From NCBI GenBank assembly GCA_017881315.1, contig JADGRB010000003.1, positions 1-60,320 of the forward strand: a stretch of 60,320 nt of DNA, given 5' to 3'. Position numbers and translations under genes: made by a program. This DNA comes from Pseudomonadota bacterium. Lineage in GTDB: Bacteria > Myxococcota_A > Polyangia > Fen-1088. How positions within the stretch are numbered: the first letter of the stretch is position 1; the number at the start of each line of letters is the position of its first letter. The notes under the pieces were generated by a model. That model had not been told where the DNA came from, made no database searches, and saw only the letters and a program-made list of their open reading frames with translations. This document shows, one piece after another, positions 38,960 to 47,417 of this stretch.

Positions 38960-40044
38960 AGAAGACCCGGGTCGTCATCCTGTTCGGGGGTCGTTCGGCG
39001 GAGCACGAGATCTCCCTGCTGTCGGCGCGCAACGTGCTCGCCGCGCTGGATCGCGATCGGTTCGAGCCGTCGCTGATCGGGATCGATCGGGGCGGCCGCT
39101 GGCATCGCGAGTCGGAGCGGACGCTCGCCGCCGCGACCGGCGATCCCCGCGCGCTGGCGCTCGACCAGGCGGCGCCGATCGTCGGCATCGAGGAGGGTCT
39201 GGCCCCGCCCGCGGGCGATGACGTGGTCGTGTTCCCGGTCCTGCACGGAACCTTCGGCGAAGACGGCACCGTGCAGGGCCTCCTCGAGCTCGGGGACGTC
39301 GCCTACGTCGGGTCCGGCGTGCTCGGGTCGGCGGTGGGCATGGACAAGGATCTCGCCAAGCGCCTGCTGCGCGACGCGGGGATTCCGATCGTCGACTTCG
39401 CGGTCGTCACCGCCGCGGGTTTTGCGCGGGATCCGGCGGCCGCGCTGGCGGCGGCGCCGGCGCTGGGCTATCCGCTATTCGTCAAGCCGGTCAACGCCGG
39501 GTCCTCGGTCGGCGTGTCCCGCGTGACCGGGCCGAGCGGCCTCGAGCCGGCGGTTCGGGCCGCCCTCGCCTTCGATCGAAAGGTCCTCCTCGAGCGCGCC
39601 GTCGACGCGCGCGAGATCGAATGCGCCGTGCTCGGCAACGATGATCCGGTCGCCTCGATTCCGGGAGAGGTCCTGGTCCACCACCCGGATGGGTTCTATT
39701 CGTACGACGCCAAATATGTCGATCCCGACGGCGCCAGCTGGAAGATCCCCGCGGATCTCACCCCGGCCGCCGCCGCACGGGTTCAGGCGCTGGCGGTCGC
39801 CACCTTCCGGGCGCTCGAGCTCGCGGGCATGGCGCGCGTCGATTTCTTCATGGAACGCGTCGGAGGTGCCCTCTACGTCAACGAGGTGAACACCATCCCT
39901 GGATTCACGGCCATCTCGATGTACCCCAAGATGTGGGAGGCCTCGGGCTTGTCACAGAAGGACTTGATTTCACGGCTGATCGATCTGGCCCTGGAGCGCC
40001 GGGACGCCCGCCGCTCCCTCCGGACCGGGGTCGGAACCCCTTGA
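38956..40044 (+). CDS. ddl: D-alanine--D-alanine ligase
   Basis: FGGRSAEHEIS, LHGTFGEDG, GSSVG, FYSYDAKY, NEVNTIPGFT; ATGA overlap. Confidence 0.95.
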   Translation: MKKTRVVILFGGRSAEHEISLLSARNVLAALDRDRFEPSLIGIDRGGRWHRESERTLAAATGDPRALALDQAAPIVGIEEGLAPPAGDDVVVFPVLHGTFGEDGTVQGLLELGDVAYVGSGVLGSAVGMDKDLAKRLLRDAGIPIVDFAVVTAAGFARDPAAALAAAPALGYPLFVKPVNAGSSVGVSRVTGPSGLEPAVRAALAFDRKVLLERAVDAREIECAVLGNDDPVASIPGEVLVHHPDGFYSYDAKYVDPDGASWKIPADLTPAAAARVQALAVATFRALELAGMARVDFFMERVGGALYVNEVNTIPGFTAISMYPKMWEASGLSQKDLISRLIDLALERRDARRSLRTGVGTP

Positions 40045-40114
40045 TGGGGCGACTCCTCGAAGAAATTACCATTTTCCGTGTATCCGAATAGGAGCGCGGC
40101 TCGTACATAGGGAC

Positions 40115-41161
40115 GTGGATCGAGAAATTGGTGCAATCAAGAGGAGCGTGGGACGGCCGTCGAAAGCCCAGCCATTTCGCGCATTTGTCGTAGACCTCCT
40201 GCTCAAGCAGCCCGGTTTGAGATCGCTGGAGGTGGTTCGGCGGGCCCGGCAAGCGGGCTACGCGGGGGGCAAGAGCGCGCTTTATTCGCTCATCGCCAGC
40301 GTCCGCCCGCGGCGGAGTCGGCCGCTCGGCGATCACGACAAGGTTCCGGGCGAGATCGCGCGCCACGGCTTCGGCCAGGTGGACGTGCGATTCCGGGACG
40401 GCAGCGAGCACACGTTGACGTTCTTCGTGTCGCGGCTCGAGTATTCGCGCTGGACGACGGCGTCGTTCGTCCCCGACCAAAGCGTCGAGAGCTGCGTGCG
40501 AACGCTGATCGCCCACTACCGGGTCATGGGGGGCGTGCCCCTCCTCGCGGCGTTCGACCGGGCGCGCCCGATCGGCGTCGGCGCCGATCGAGATGGCCGG
40601 GTCAGCGAGTGGGACCCGGCGTTCGCCTACGCGGCGCTGCAGATCGGCCTCGGTATCGAGGTGCGCGCGCGCCGGGGCGCAGATCGCGGGCCCGGAACCA
40701 ACCTCGGCAACTGGCTGAAGCTGGCCTTCTTCAAGGGCGTGGTCTTCACCGACGAGGCCGACGCCGCGCGCCAGCTGGCGGATTGGCTGAACGAGCAGAA
40801 CGACCAACCGCAGACGGAGGCCTCCGGAAAAACCTCCGCGCTCCTGCTGACGGAGGAGCGCCAGCGCTTGCGACCGCTCCGGGTCGAGCCGCGCGATTTC
40901 GCGCTCCGTTTTCCGGTCCTGGTCGGACCGCGCGCGGTGGTGGTGCACGACGGACAGTCGTACGCGATGCCGCCCGATTCGGTGGGGTTGGTCGGTTCGC
41001 TGCACCTCTACCCCGATCGGATCGCGATCGTGGCGGGCCGCTACGAGGCCGCGCACCCGCGCCGGCAACCGGTGCTGCTCGGGTTGCCTTCCACCGGGAC
41101 GGCCTCGAGCGGCGGCTGGGCCCCCTCGCCCGCCATCCCCCTGGCCGCCCGAGCCGGCTAA
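40115..41161 (+). mobile_element. IS21 IstA-derived ORF, catalytically degenerate, no istB
   Basis: GRPSK, GYAGGKSALY, PGE..RHGFG, SRLEYSR, GGVPLLAAFDR and a C-terminal beta-barrel (DGQSYAMP) match IstA architecture; the first Asp and the Glu of the DDE triad appear substituted. Confidence 0.8.
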
Positions 41162-41230
41162 CGCGTCGAGCGTAGACGGCTTTGCCGTCGAAGCTCATCG
41201 CGGGGGGCGCGGGACCCTTTCAGGGTCCCG
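41162..41230 (+). repeat. REP-like structured intergenic repeat, copy 3
   Basis: Near-identical to 3237-3305; lies between convergent genes. Confidence 0.88.
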
Positions 41231-41231
41231 A

Positions 41232-42548
41232 TTAAATCGACACGTCCTTACCGCGGCCGATTCCGTAGTAGGTGAAGCCGGCGGTGCGCAGCTCGGCTGG
41301 ATTCCAGACGTTGCGGCCATCGAACAGCACCGGCTGTCGCATGATCGATTTGAGACGTTCGAAGGACGGGCGCCGGAACTCGTTCCATTCGGTGACCAGC
41401 GCCAGCGCGTCGGCGCCTTGCGCGCATTCGTAGTGTGACTCCTCGTATTTGATCCGATCGCCGAGCTGCTTGCGCACGGCTTCGATCGCAACGGGATCGG
41501 TGGCCGATACGATCGCGCCGGCCGCCAGCAACCGCTCGATGAGCACCAGCGCCGGCGCCTCGCGGATGTCGTCGGTGCCCGGTTTGAACGCCAGCCCCCA
41601 GATGGCGATGCGCTTGCCGCTGAGGTCCCCACCGAAGTGCGCGACGACCTTCTCGCCGAGGCGCTGCTTCTGCCGCTCGTTGACGGCCACCACGGCGTCC
41701 AGGACCTCGAGCTTGTAGCCGACCTCGCGTCCGGTGCTGATGGCGGCCCGCAGATCCTTGGGGAAGCAGCTCCCCCCGAATCCGGGTCCCGCGTACAGGA
41801 ATTTCGGACCGATGCGGGCGTCCGAGCCCATCCCCTTGCGCACCAGCTCGATGTCGGCGCCCAGCAGCTCGCAGAGGTTGGCGAGGTCGTTCATGAACGA
41901 GATGCGCGTTGCCAGCATCGAGTTGGCGGCGTACTTGGTGAGCTCCGCGGAGCGCCGGTCCATCACCAGCATCCGATCGGTCGTGCGCGTGAAGGGGGCG
42001 TAGAGCGCGCGAAGGGTGTCGACGGCGCGCTTGTCGTCGGTTCCCACCACCACCCGATCCGGCTTCATGAAATCGTTGACCGCGTCGCCCTCCTTCAAGA
42101 ACTCGGGGTTCGAGGTCACCGCGAACTCGTGCTTGGCCACCTTCTTGATGACGGCCTCGATCTTGTCGCCGGTGCCGACGGGAACGGTCGACTTCGTGAC
42201 GACCACGGCCCACCCCGTGAGCGCGGCCCCCACCTGCTCGGCCGCCTTCAGGATGAAGGAGAGATCGGCGGAGCCGTCTGGTCCCGGCGGCGTTCCCACC
42301 GCCAGCAGGACCACCTCGGCCCCGGCGACGCCGCGGGCCACTTCCGTGGTGAAGGTGAGGCGGCCCTCGGCCGCGTTGAGCATCACGAGCTTGTCGAGGC
42401 CCGGCTCGTAGATCGGCATGAGGCCGCGCCTGAGGCCTTCGATCTTCTGGACGTCCACATCGCAACAGACGACATCGTTTCCCATGTCGGCGAAGCCGGC
42501 GCCCGCCACGAGCCCGACATAGCCGGTGCCGATGACGCAAATCTTCAT
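41232..42548 (-). CDS. ugd: UDP-glucose 6-dehydrogenase
   Basis: IGTGYVG, KSTVPVG, NPEFLKEG, GFGGSCFPKD, FKPGTDDIRE. Confidence 0.95.
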   Translation of the reverse strand: MKICVIGTGYVGLVAGAGFADMGNDVVCCDVDVQKIEGLRRGLMPIYEPGLDKLVMLNAAEGRLTFTTEVARGVAGAEVVLLAVGTPPGPDGSADLSFILKAAEQVGAALTGWAVVVTKSTVPVGTGDKIEAVIKKVAKHEFAVTSNPEFLKEGDAVNDFMKPDRVVVGTDDKRAVDTLRALYAPFTRTTDRMLVMDRRSAELTKYAANSMLATRISFMNDLANLCELLGADIELVRKGMGSDARIGPKFLYAGPGFGGSCFPKDLRAAISTGREVGYKLEVLDAVVAVNERQKQRLGEKVVAHFGGDLSGKRIAIWGLAFKPGTDDIREAPALVLIERLLAAGAIVSATDPVAIEAVRKQLGDRIKYEESHYECAQGADALALVTEWNEFRRPSFERLKSIMRQPVLFDGRNVWNPAELRTAGFTYYGIGRGKDVSI

Positions 42549-42578
42549 GCCGATCGCATACCATGATCGCGGGCCTTC

Positions 42579-43571
42579 ATGAACGTGATGCTTTTGGCTG
42601 CCGGTCGCTCGACCCGTCTGGGCGCGCTCGGTCTGGCGCTTCCCAAGCCGCTGGTGCCGATCTGCGGCTATCCGGCGATCCGCTTCGGGCTCCACGCGGC
42701 CGCCCGGGCCGGCGCCACCCGCGCGGTCGTCAACGTCTTCCACCGAGGTGATCTGGTGCAGGCCGTGCTCGGCGACGGGCGGGCGCTGGGCATCGAGATC
42801 GCTTACTCCGTCGAGGGAGAGCTGCTCGGGACCGGCGGCGGCCTCGCCAGAGCCCGGGCACTGTTCGCGCCCGGTCCGCTCCTGGTCATGAACGCCAAGG
42901 TGGTCGCCGACCTGGATCTGTCCGCGCTCGTCGCCGCGCACGGGGCGGGCGACGCGGTCGCGACCATGCTCTTGCGTGACGATCCCGAGCCCCAGCGCTG
43001 GGGCGCGATCGGCGTCGACGCCGGCGGGCGGGTGGTCAGCATGCTCGACGTTCATTCGCCACGTCCGCCGGAAGGCCCGGTGACCCTTCGGATGTTTACC
43101 GGCGTGCATCTGCTGGAGCCGGCGCTCCTCGCTCGCTTGCAACCGGTTTTTTGCGACGTCATCCGCGACGCCTACCTCCCGGCGCTGCTCGCCGGCGAGA
43201 CGATCCGCGCGGTGACGCTCGGCGGCTACTTCGCCGAACATTCGACGCCGGAGCGCTATCTCGCGGGCAATCTGGCTCTCCTGCGCGATCCGGAGCTGGT
43301 GCGCGATCCGCCGGGCCCGCTGGTCGGCGTCGACCGGGCGGCCGAGATCGCCCCCTCCGCGCAGATCATCTCGCCCGTTCGGATCGAAGCCGGCGCGGTC
43401 ATCGCCGCCGGCGCCACGGTCGGTCCCGACGTGGTGGTGGGATCGGGCGCCCGTATCGCGGCCGGCGCGCAGGTCCGGCGCGCGGTGATCTGGTCGGGCG
43501 CCAGCGTCGGCCCGGGGATCGAGCTCGGCGACGCGATCGCGACACCAGCCCAGATCGTCGAGATCCCCTAA
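42579..43571 (+). CDS. Sugar-phosphate nucleotidyltransferase with C-terminal left-handed beta-helix
   Basis: LLAAGRSTRL...PKPL, LGTGGG, hexapeptide-like repeats. Confidence 0.88.
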   Translation: MNVMLLAAGRSTRLGALGLALPKPLVPICGYPAIRFGLHAAARAGATRAVVNVFHRGDLVQAVLGDGRALGIEIAYSVEGELLGTGGGLARARALFAPGPLLVMNAKVVADLDLSALVAAHGAGDAVATMLLRDDPEPQRWGAIGVDAGGRVVSMLDVHSPRPPEGPVTLRMFTGVHLLEPALLARLQPVFCDVIRDAYLPALLAGETIRAVTLGGYFAEHSTPERYLAGNLALLRDPELVRDPPGPLVGVDRAAEIAPSAQIISPVRIEAGAVIAAGATVGPDVVVGSGARIAAGAQVRRAVIWSGASVGPGIELGDAIATPAQIVEIP

Positions 43572-44359
43572 CCCTTTTCGACCCGGATCGCGACGACGGT
43601 GATGTTGTCGAGGCCGCCGTTCTTGTTGGCGGCCGCGATCAGCTTCTCGCACAGGGCGTCGAGATCCTGCTCGCCCGCTGCCATCGCCGAGATCTCCTCG
43701 TCCTTGATCATCCCGGACAGACCGTCCGAGCAGAGCAGGTATAGATCCCCCAGCGCCGGCGCGTCGACCAGGACGTCGACCTGCACGGTGTCCTTCATGC
43801 CGAGCGCCCGGACGATCACGTTCTTGTGCGGGAACGACGCGATCTCGTCGGCCGAGAGGTTCTTCATCTTGATGTAGTCGTTGAGCAGCGAGTGGTCCTC
43901 GGTCATCTGCTTCAAGACGCCGTCCCGCCAGCGGTAGAGGCGGCTGTCGCCGACGTGCCCGATCACGAGCGCGCGGTCGATGAACAGCGTCGAGACCACG
44001 GTGGTCCCCATGCCGTGGCAGCGCGGATCTTTCTGCGCCTGCTCGTGGATCTTGAGGTTCGCCAGCTTGATGGCCGTGACCATGCGGTTGGTGTCGTAGC
44101 GGTTGCCGTGATCCATCTTGAAGGGCCAGGTGAGCTGCTGGTCCTCCTGGGTCGCCTTGAAGAACCCGACGATGGTCTCGACCGCCATCCGGCTGGCCAC
44201 CTCGCCGGAGGCGTGCCCGCCCATGCCGTCGGCGACGATCGCGAGGCGCTCGGTCTCGGGCAGGTAGAACGCGTCCTCGTTGTGGGCGCGTTTCATCCCC
44301 ACGTTCGACTCGCCCGCGAATCGCACGCGCATGCCGTCCAGCGGAAACGACGAGCTCAT
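43568..44359 (-). CDS. pph1: PP2C Ser/Thr phosphatase, Pph1-like
   Basis: GMKRAHNED, VADGMGGH, TWPFKMD, HVGDSR, DHSLLNDY, CSDGL, GGLDNIT. Confidence 0.85.
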   Translation of the reverse strand: MSSSFPLDGMRVRFAGESNVGMKRAHNEDAFYLPETERLAIVADGMGGHASGEVASRMAVETIVGFFKATQEDQQLTWPFKMDHGNRYDTNRMVTAIKLANLKIHEQAQKDPRCHGMGTTVVSTLFIDRALVIGHVGDSRLYRWRDGVLKQMTEDHSLLNDYIKMKNLSADEIASFPHKNVIVRALGMKDTVQVDVLVDAPALGDLYLLCSDGLSGMIKDEEISAMAAGEQDLDALCEKLIAAANKNGGLDNITVVAIRVEKG

Positions 44360-45357
44360 CGAAGTTTCTCCATCGTATCCTTCCGTGGCGAGGCGATCAA
44401 CGCGGAGACGGGCTTGACGAACGTGATCGTCGGCCCGACCGAGATGCAGAGCGGGCCTTCGCCCCGGTAGAGATCGCCGTCGATCGTGTAGGCCATGCTG
44501 CCGTCGCCGCCGCTCTCACGGTTCTTGGGGACCACCTCCAGCCGGGAGGCGACGGCGCTGAAGGCGCGGGTGGGTGCGATGCCACGGCCGGCGTGGACCG
44601 CCCACAGATCCGGAATCAGCGACAGCGGCGCGCCGTGGATGGCGAGCACGCCGAAGCGCTCTAGATCGTCGTCGGCGCGGTGGTTGAGCTTGAACCCAAG
44701 CCCCACCTCGCGCACGGTCGCCGCGCCGACCCCGACGAACGACGTTCGGTCGAGCAGCTCGCCGTCGATCCGGATCGTCCCTTCGAACCTACGAAACAGG
44801 CGGCGGATGAACGGACCTCCGAAGAGCGAGGAGCCGAATCCACGCAGGAGCAGCCAGGCGGCGCGCGCCGGGCCATACCGACCGGTTCCGTAGTACTCGC
44901 CCAGGAAGTTCGCCATCAGGCCGTTGCCGAAGATGAAGCCCAGCGCGTCGCCGATGCGCAGGCACCTCCGCTGCAGCGTTTCGAGCGGACGCCGGCTTCG
45001 CGCCGTCTCGACGACCGATCCCAGGAACGTCATCGGGCGTTCGCGGATGCCCAGCGACGCCGCCACCACGTTCATCGTGCCACCGCACAGAACCGCCAGC
45101 GGCGGAATGGGTTCGGCGCCGAAGGCCACCCCGAGGGCGGTGACCGCCCGATGCAGAGTGCCGTCCCCGCCGTGAATGGCGATCACCGACGGCGGGCTCG
45201 CGCGCAGGGCGGCCGCGGCCTCGGCCAGCTCGTCGAGCGTCTTGGGCGCGAGCACCCGCCCCTCGGCGCCGAGGAGCGCCTGGAACTCCGCCGCCAGGCG
45301 CGGGTTGCGTCGATTGGCGCGCGAGCGCGGGTTGACGAGGACGGCGATGGGGGTCAG
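44356..45357 (-). CDS. Diacylglycerol/lipid kinase family protein
   Basis: VLVNPRS, GGDGT, GGTMN, YTIDGD. The N-terminal motif lies upstream of the tracked start; probable CTG start at 45357. Confidence 0.85.
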   Translation of the reverse strand: MTPIAVLVNPRSRANRRNPRLAAEFQALLGAEGRVLAPKTLDELAEAAAALRASPPSVIAIHGGDGTLHRAVTALGVAFGAEPIPPLAVLCGGTMNVVAASLGIRERPMTFLGSVVETARSRRPLETLQRRCLRIGDALGFIFGNGLMANFLGEYYGTGRYGPARAAWLLLRGFGSSLFGGPFIRRLFRRFEGTIRIDGELLDRTSFVGVGAATVREVGLGFKLNHRADDDLERFGVLAIHGAPLSLIPDLWAVHAGRGIAPTRAFSAVASRLEVVPKNRESGGDGSMAYTIDGDLYRGEGPLCISVGPTITFVKPVSALIASPRKDTMEKLR

Positions 45358-45728
45358 TCGCTACCGTCCGCGTCGTCGCCGGGCGCATCGTCGGTTTCGC
45401 CGGGCGCGTCGTCGGCCTCGCCGAGCGCCGCCGCGATCTCCGAGATTTTGGGATACCAGCCCTCGAACACCTCGACGATCTGGCGCGCCTGCTTCTCGTT
45501 CGAGATGTTGAACGACGACTGCTTGCGATAGGTCCCCTTCGATTTCTTGAAGCGGACGATGGCCATCTTGGGCGGCCGAAACTTTCCTTTGGCCCGGTCG
45601 AGCTCCTGGAACAGAAACATCACCGTCGCCCAGCTCCCCTTGGTCAGGACCGCCTTGTCGATCTGCTTCCGAACCAGCGTTCCTTCGTCCTCGTAGTCGT
45701 AGGTCAGCTCTTCCAGCGTCTCGGCCAT
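45354..45728 (-). CDS. Conserved-looking hypothetical protein with acidic tail
   Basis: 124 aa MAETLEELTYDY...; beta-rich basic core and Asp-rich tail; strong GC3 coding bias. Confidence 0.75.
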   Translation of the reverse strand: MAETLEELTYDYEDEGTLVRKQIDKAVLTKGSWATVMFLFQELDRAKGKFRPPKMAIVRFKKSKGTYRKQSSFNISNEKQARQIVEVFEGWYPKISEIAAALGEADDAPGETDDAPGDDADGSD

Positions 45729-45744
45729 CGCTCGGATCCTCTTT

Positions 45745-46089
45745 CTAGGAGATGCGGGCGTGGATCGCCGCGCGGTCGTCCGTGGAGAGGTCGAGGAACT
45801 CGAGACCCATCCCGGGGAACTTGTCCTTTTGACCGCCGCGCGCGACACGCACCACCCGGCTCTGCGTGCGGATGTGGCGCCCGCCGGGGAGGTCGAACTC
45901 GATCAGCAGCACCTCGCCCACCTCGAAGAGGACGTCCGCGCGCAGGAAGGTGCCGCCGCAGGAGACGTCGGTGGTGGAGAAGCGGATCGGCTTGCGGACC
46001 TTCTTCGCGGCGTCTGAAACCAGCACCGCGAGCTCCAGATCGACGCGCGGATTCTTGCGCGTGTCGCGACCGGCGGGCCCGGGGCTCAC
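45745..46089 (-). CDS. Stand-alone PilZ domain protein
   Basis: RKNPR (RxxxR), DVSCGG (DxSxxG), GMGLEF; GTGA overlap. Confidence 0.9.
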   Translation of the reverse strand: MSPGPAGRDTRKNPRVDLELAVLVSDAAKKVRKPIRFSTTDVSCGGTFLRADVLFEVGEVLLIEFDLPGGRHIRTQSRVVRVARGGQKDKFPGMGLEFLDLSTDDRAAIHARIS

Positions 46090-47000
46090 GGGCGCAGCTC
46101 CAGCGCCAGGGCCGAGCGGACCTCGACCGAGACCCGAGCGCCCCCCGCCGTCAGCGGCTCCCGGACCCGTATCCGGCGCGCCACCTCGATCGACGCCGCG
46201 ACGCCGTTGGGCGCGCCCGATCGCGTGTGCAGCAGGTGGACCAGCAGCGCGCGGGGGATGACCACGATCGCCTCCGTCGAGGCGTTGGTCGGCACCGTGC
46301 AGGTCACGGCGACCGTCGCGCCGAACGGCCGGAGCTCGACGATGGCGCCGGCGGCGGCGCCCAGCGACAGAGCCAGTCCGGCGCCGGTTTCGACCCGAGC
46401 GCCCGCGGTCGGCGCGACCCCATTGATGGTCGTGAGGTGCGGCAACGCTGGCACCGACAGCTCGGCGATCGCCAGCTCCGAGTCGGCGCTGTAGAGGTTG
46501 ACGTGCTCGGGCATCGTCGCGAGCGGCTGGGGGCCGGCCTCGGCGACCACCCCGCCCACCACGCCCGCCACGTCCGGAAAAACCCGGGGGAACGGGCGCA
46601 CGAGCGGCAACGTCGGATCGCTGGCACCGAAGCCGACGCCGACGCCGCTCAGCTCCTCGAGATCGATCGAGCTGCCGCGGGCGCCGAGGGCGCTGGTCGC
46701 CTCGTCCACGTCGCGCAGCGCGCATCCCTGATCGGGCGCCGCCGCCGAGAGCGGATCGACGAGCCCCAGCACGTCCTCGCCGTCGGGCCCGGAGGTCGCG
46801 GCACGAAATCCGAGCACCGAGACCGTGGGCGGCTTTTCCCCGGTGACGTCGAAGCGGATCGAAAGCTCCGCCGAAGTGGCGCTGATGGCCGTCTGGGCGT
46901 CGGGCGTGTGCCCGCCACCGTCGCAGCCGGCCGCCAGCAGCCCGGCCGCGACGAGCGCAGCCATGGCACGAGCGCGAATTTCGACGCGGGAGCTGGGCAT
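46086..47000 (-). CDS. Lipoprotein of unknown function
   Basis: LAAGC lipobox, beta-rich body. Confidence 0.7.
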   Translation of the reverse strand: MPSSRVEIRARAMAALVAAGLLAAGCDGGGHTPDAQTAISATSAELSIRFDVTGEKPPTVSVLGFRAATSGPDGEDVLGLVDPLSAAAPDQGCALRDVDEATSALGARGSSIDLEELSGVGVGFGASDPTLPLVRPFPRVFPDVAGVVGGVVAEAGPQPLATMPEHVNLYSADSELAIAELSVPALPHLTTINGVAPTAGARVETGAGLALSLGAAAGAIVELRPFGATVAVTCTVPTNASTEAIVVIPRALLVHLLHTRSGAPNGVAASIEVARRIRVREPLTAGGARVSVEVRSALALELRP

Positions 47001-47089
47001 GAACGTCGGACCGGGACTCAACACTATAACGTTGACGGCGGCAACTCGCCAATCGGTAGGGAAAATCATGATATGGAAATGGAGTTCGC

Positions 47090-47407
47090 ATGGCCCGGAT
47101 CGGTCCCGAAGAAGTGCGCGAGCTGGCGACGCTGGCTCGCCTCCAGCTCTCCGAGGAAGAGGTGGCGCGCATGACCGGGGATCTGGCCGCGATCCTCGAC
47201 TACGTCGACGCGTTGAGGGCGCTCGACACCACCGACGTGGAGCCGATGACGCACGCGGTGCCGTTCGATTGTCCCCTGCGGGCCGATCGGGTTGCGCCCT
47301 CGCTGTCGGTGGAAGAGGCGCTGGCGAACGCACCGCGGCGCGAGGGGAGCTTCTTCGAAGTGCCGCGCATCGTCCCGGTGGCGGGCGCCCCCGAGGACGA
47401 GTCGTGA
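47090..47407 (+). CDS. gatC: Asp/Glu-tRNA amidotransferase subunit C
   Basis: LATLARL, VEPMTH, ANAP, FFEVPRIV. Confidence 0.95.
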   Translation: MARIGPEEVRELATLARLQLSEEEVARMTGDLAAILDYVDALRALDTTDVEPMTHAVPFDCPLRADRVAPSLSVEEALANAPRREGSFFEVPRIVPVAGAPEDES

Positions 47408-47417
47408 CGGTGGGCCG

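Noticed and set aside
35394-40044. RiPP or peptide-antibiotic cluster (ATP-grasp + POP + MFS)
   Set aside because: No precursor peptide is seen, the transporter is an importer family, and the ligase looks like canonical Ddl.
40045-41230. Active IS21 element
   Set aside because: No istB, no visible terminal inverted repeats or target duplication, and degenerate DDE residues.
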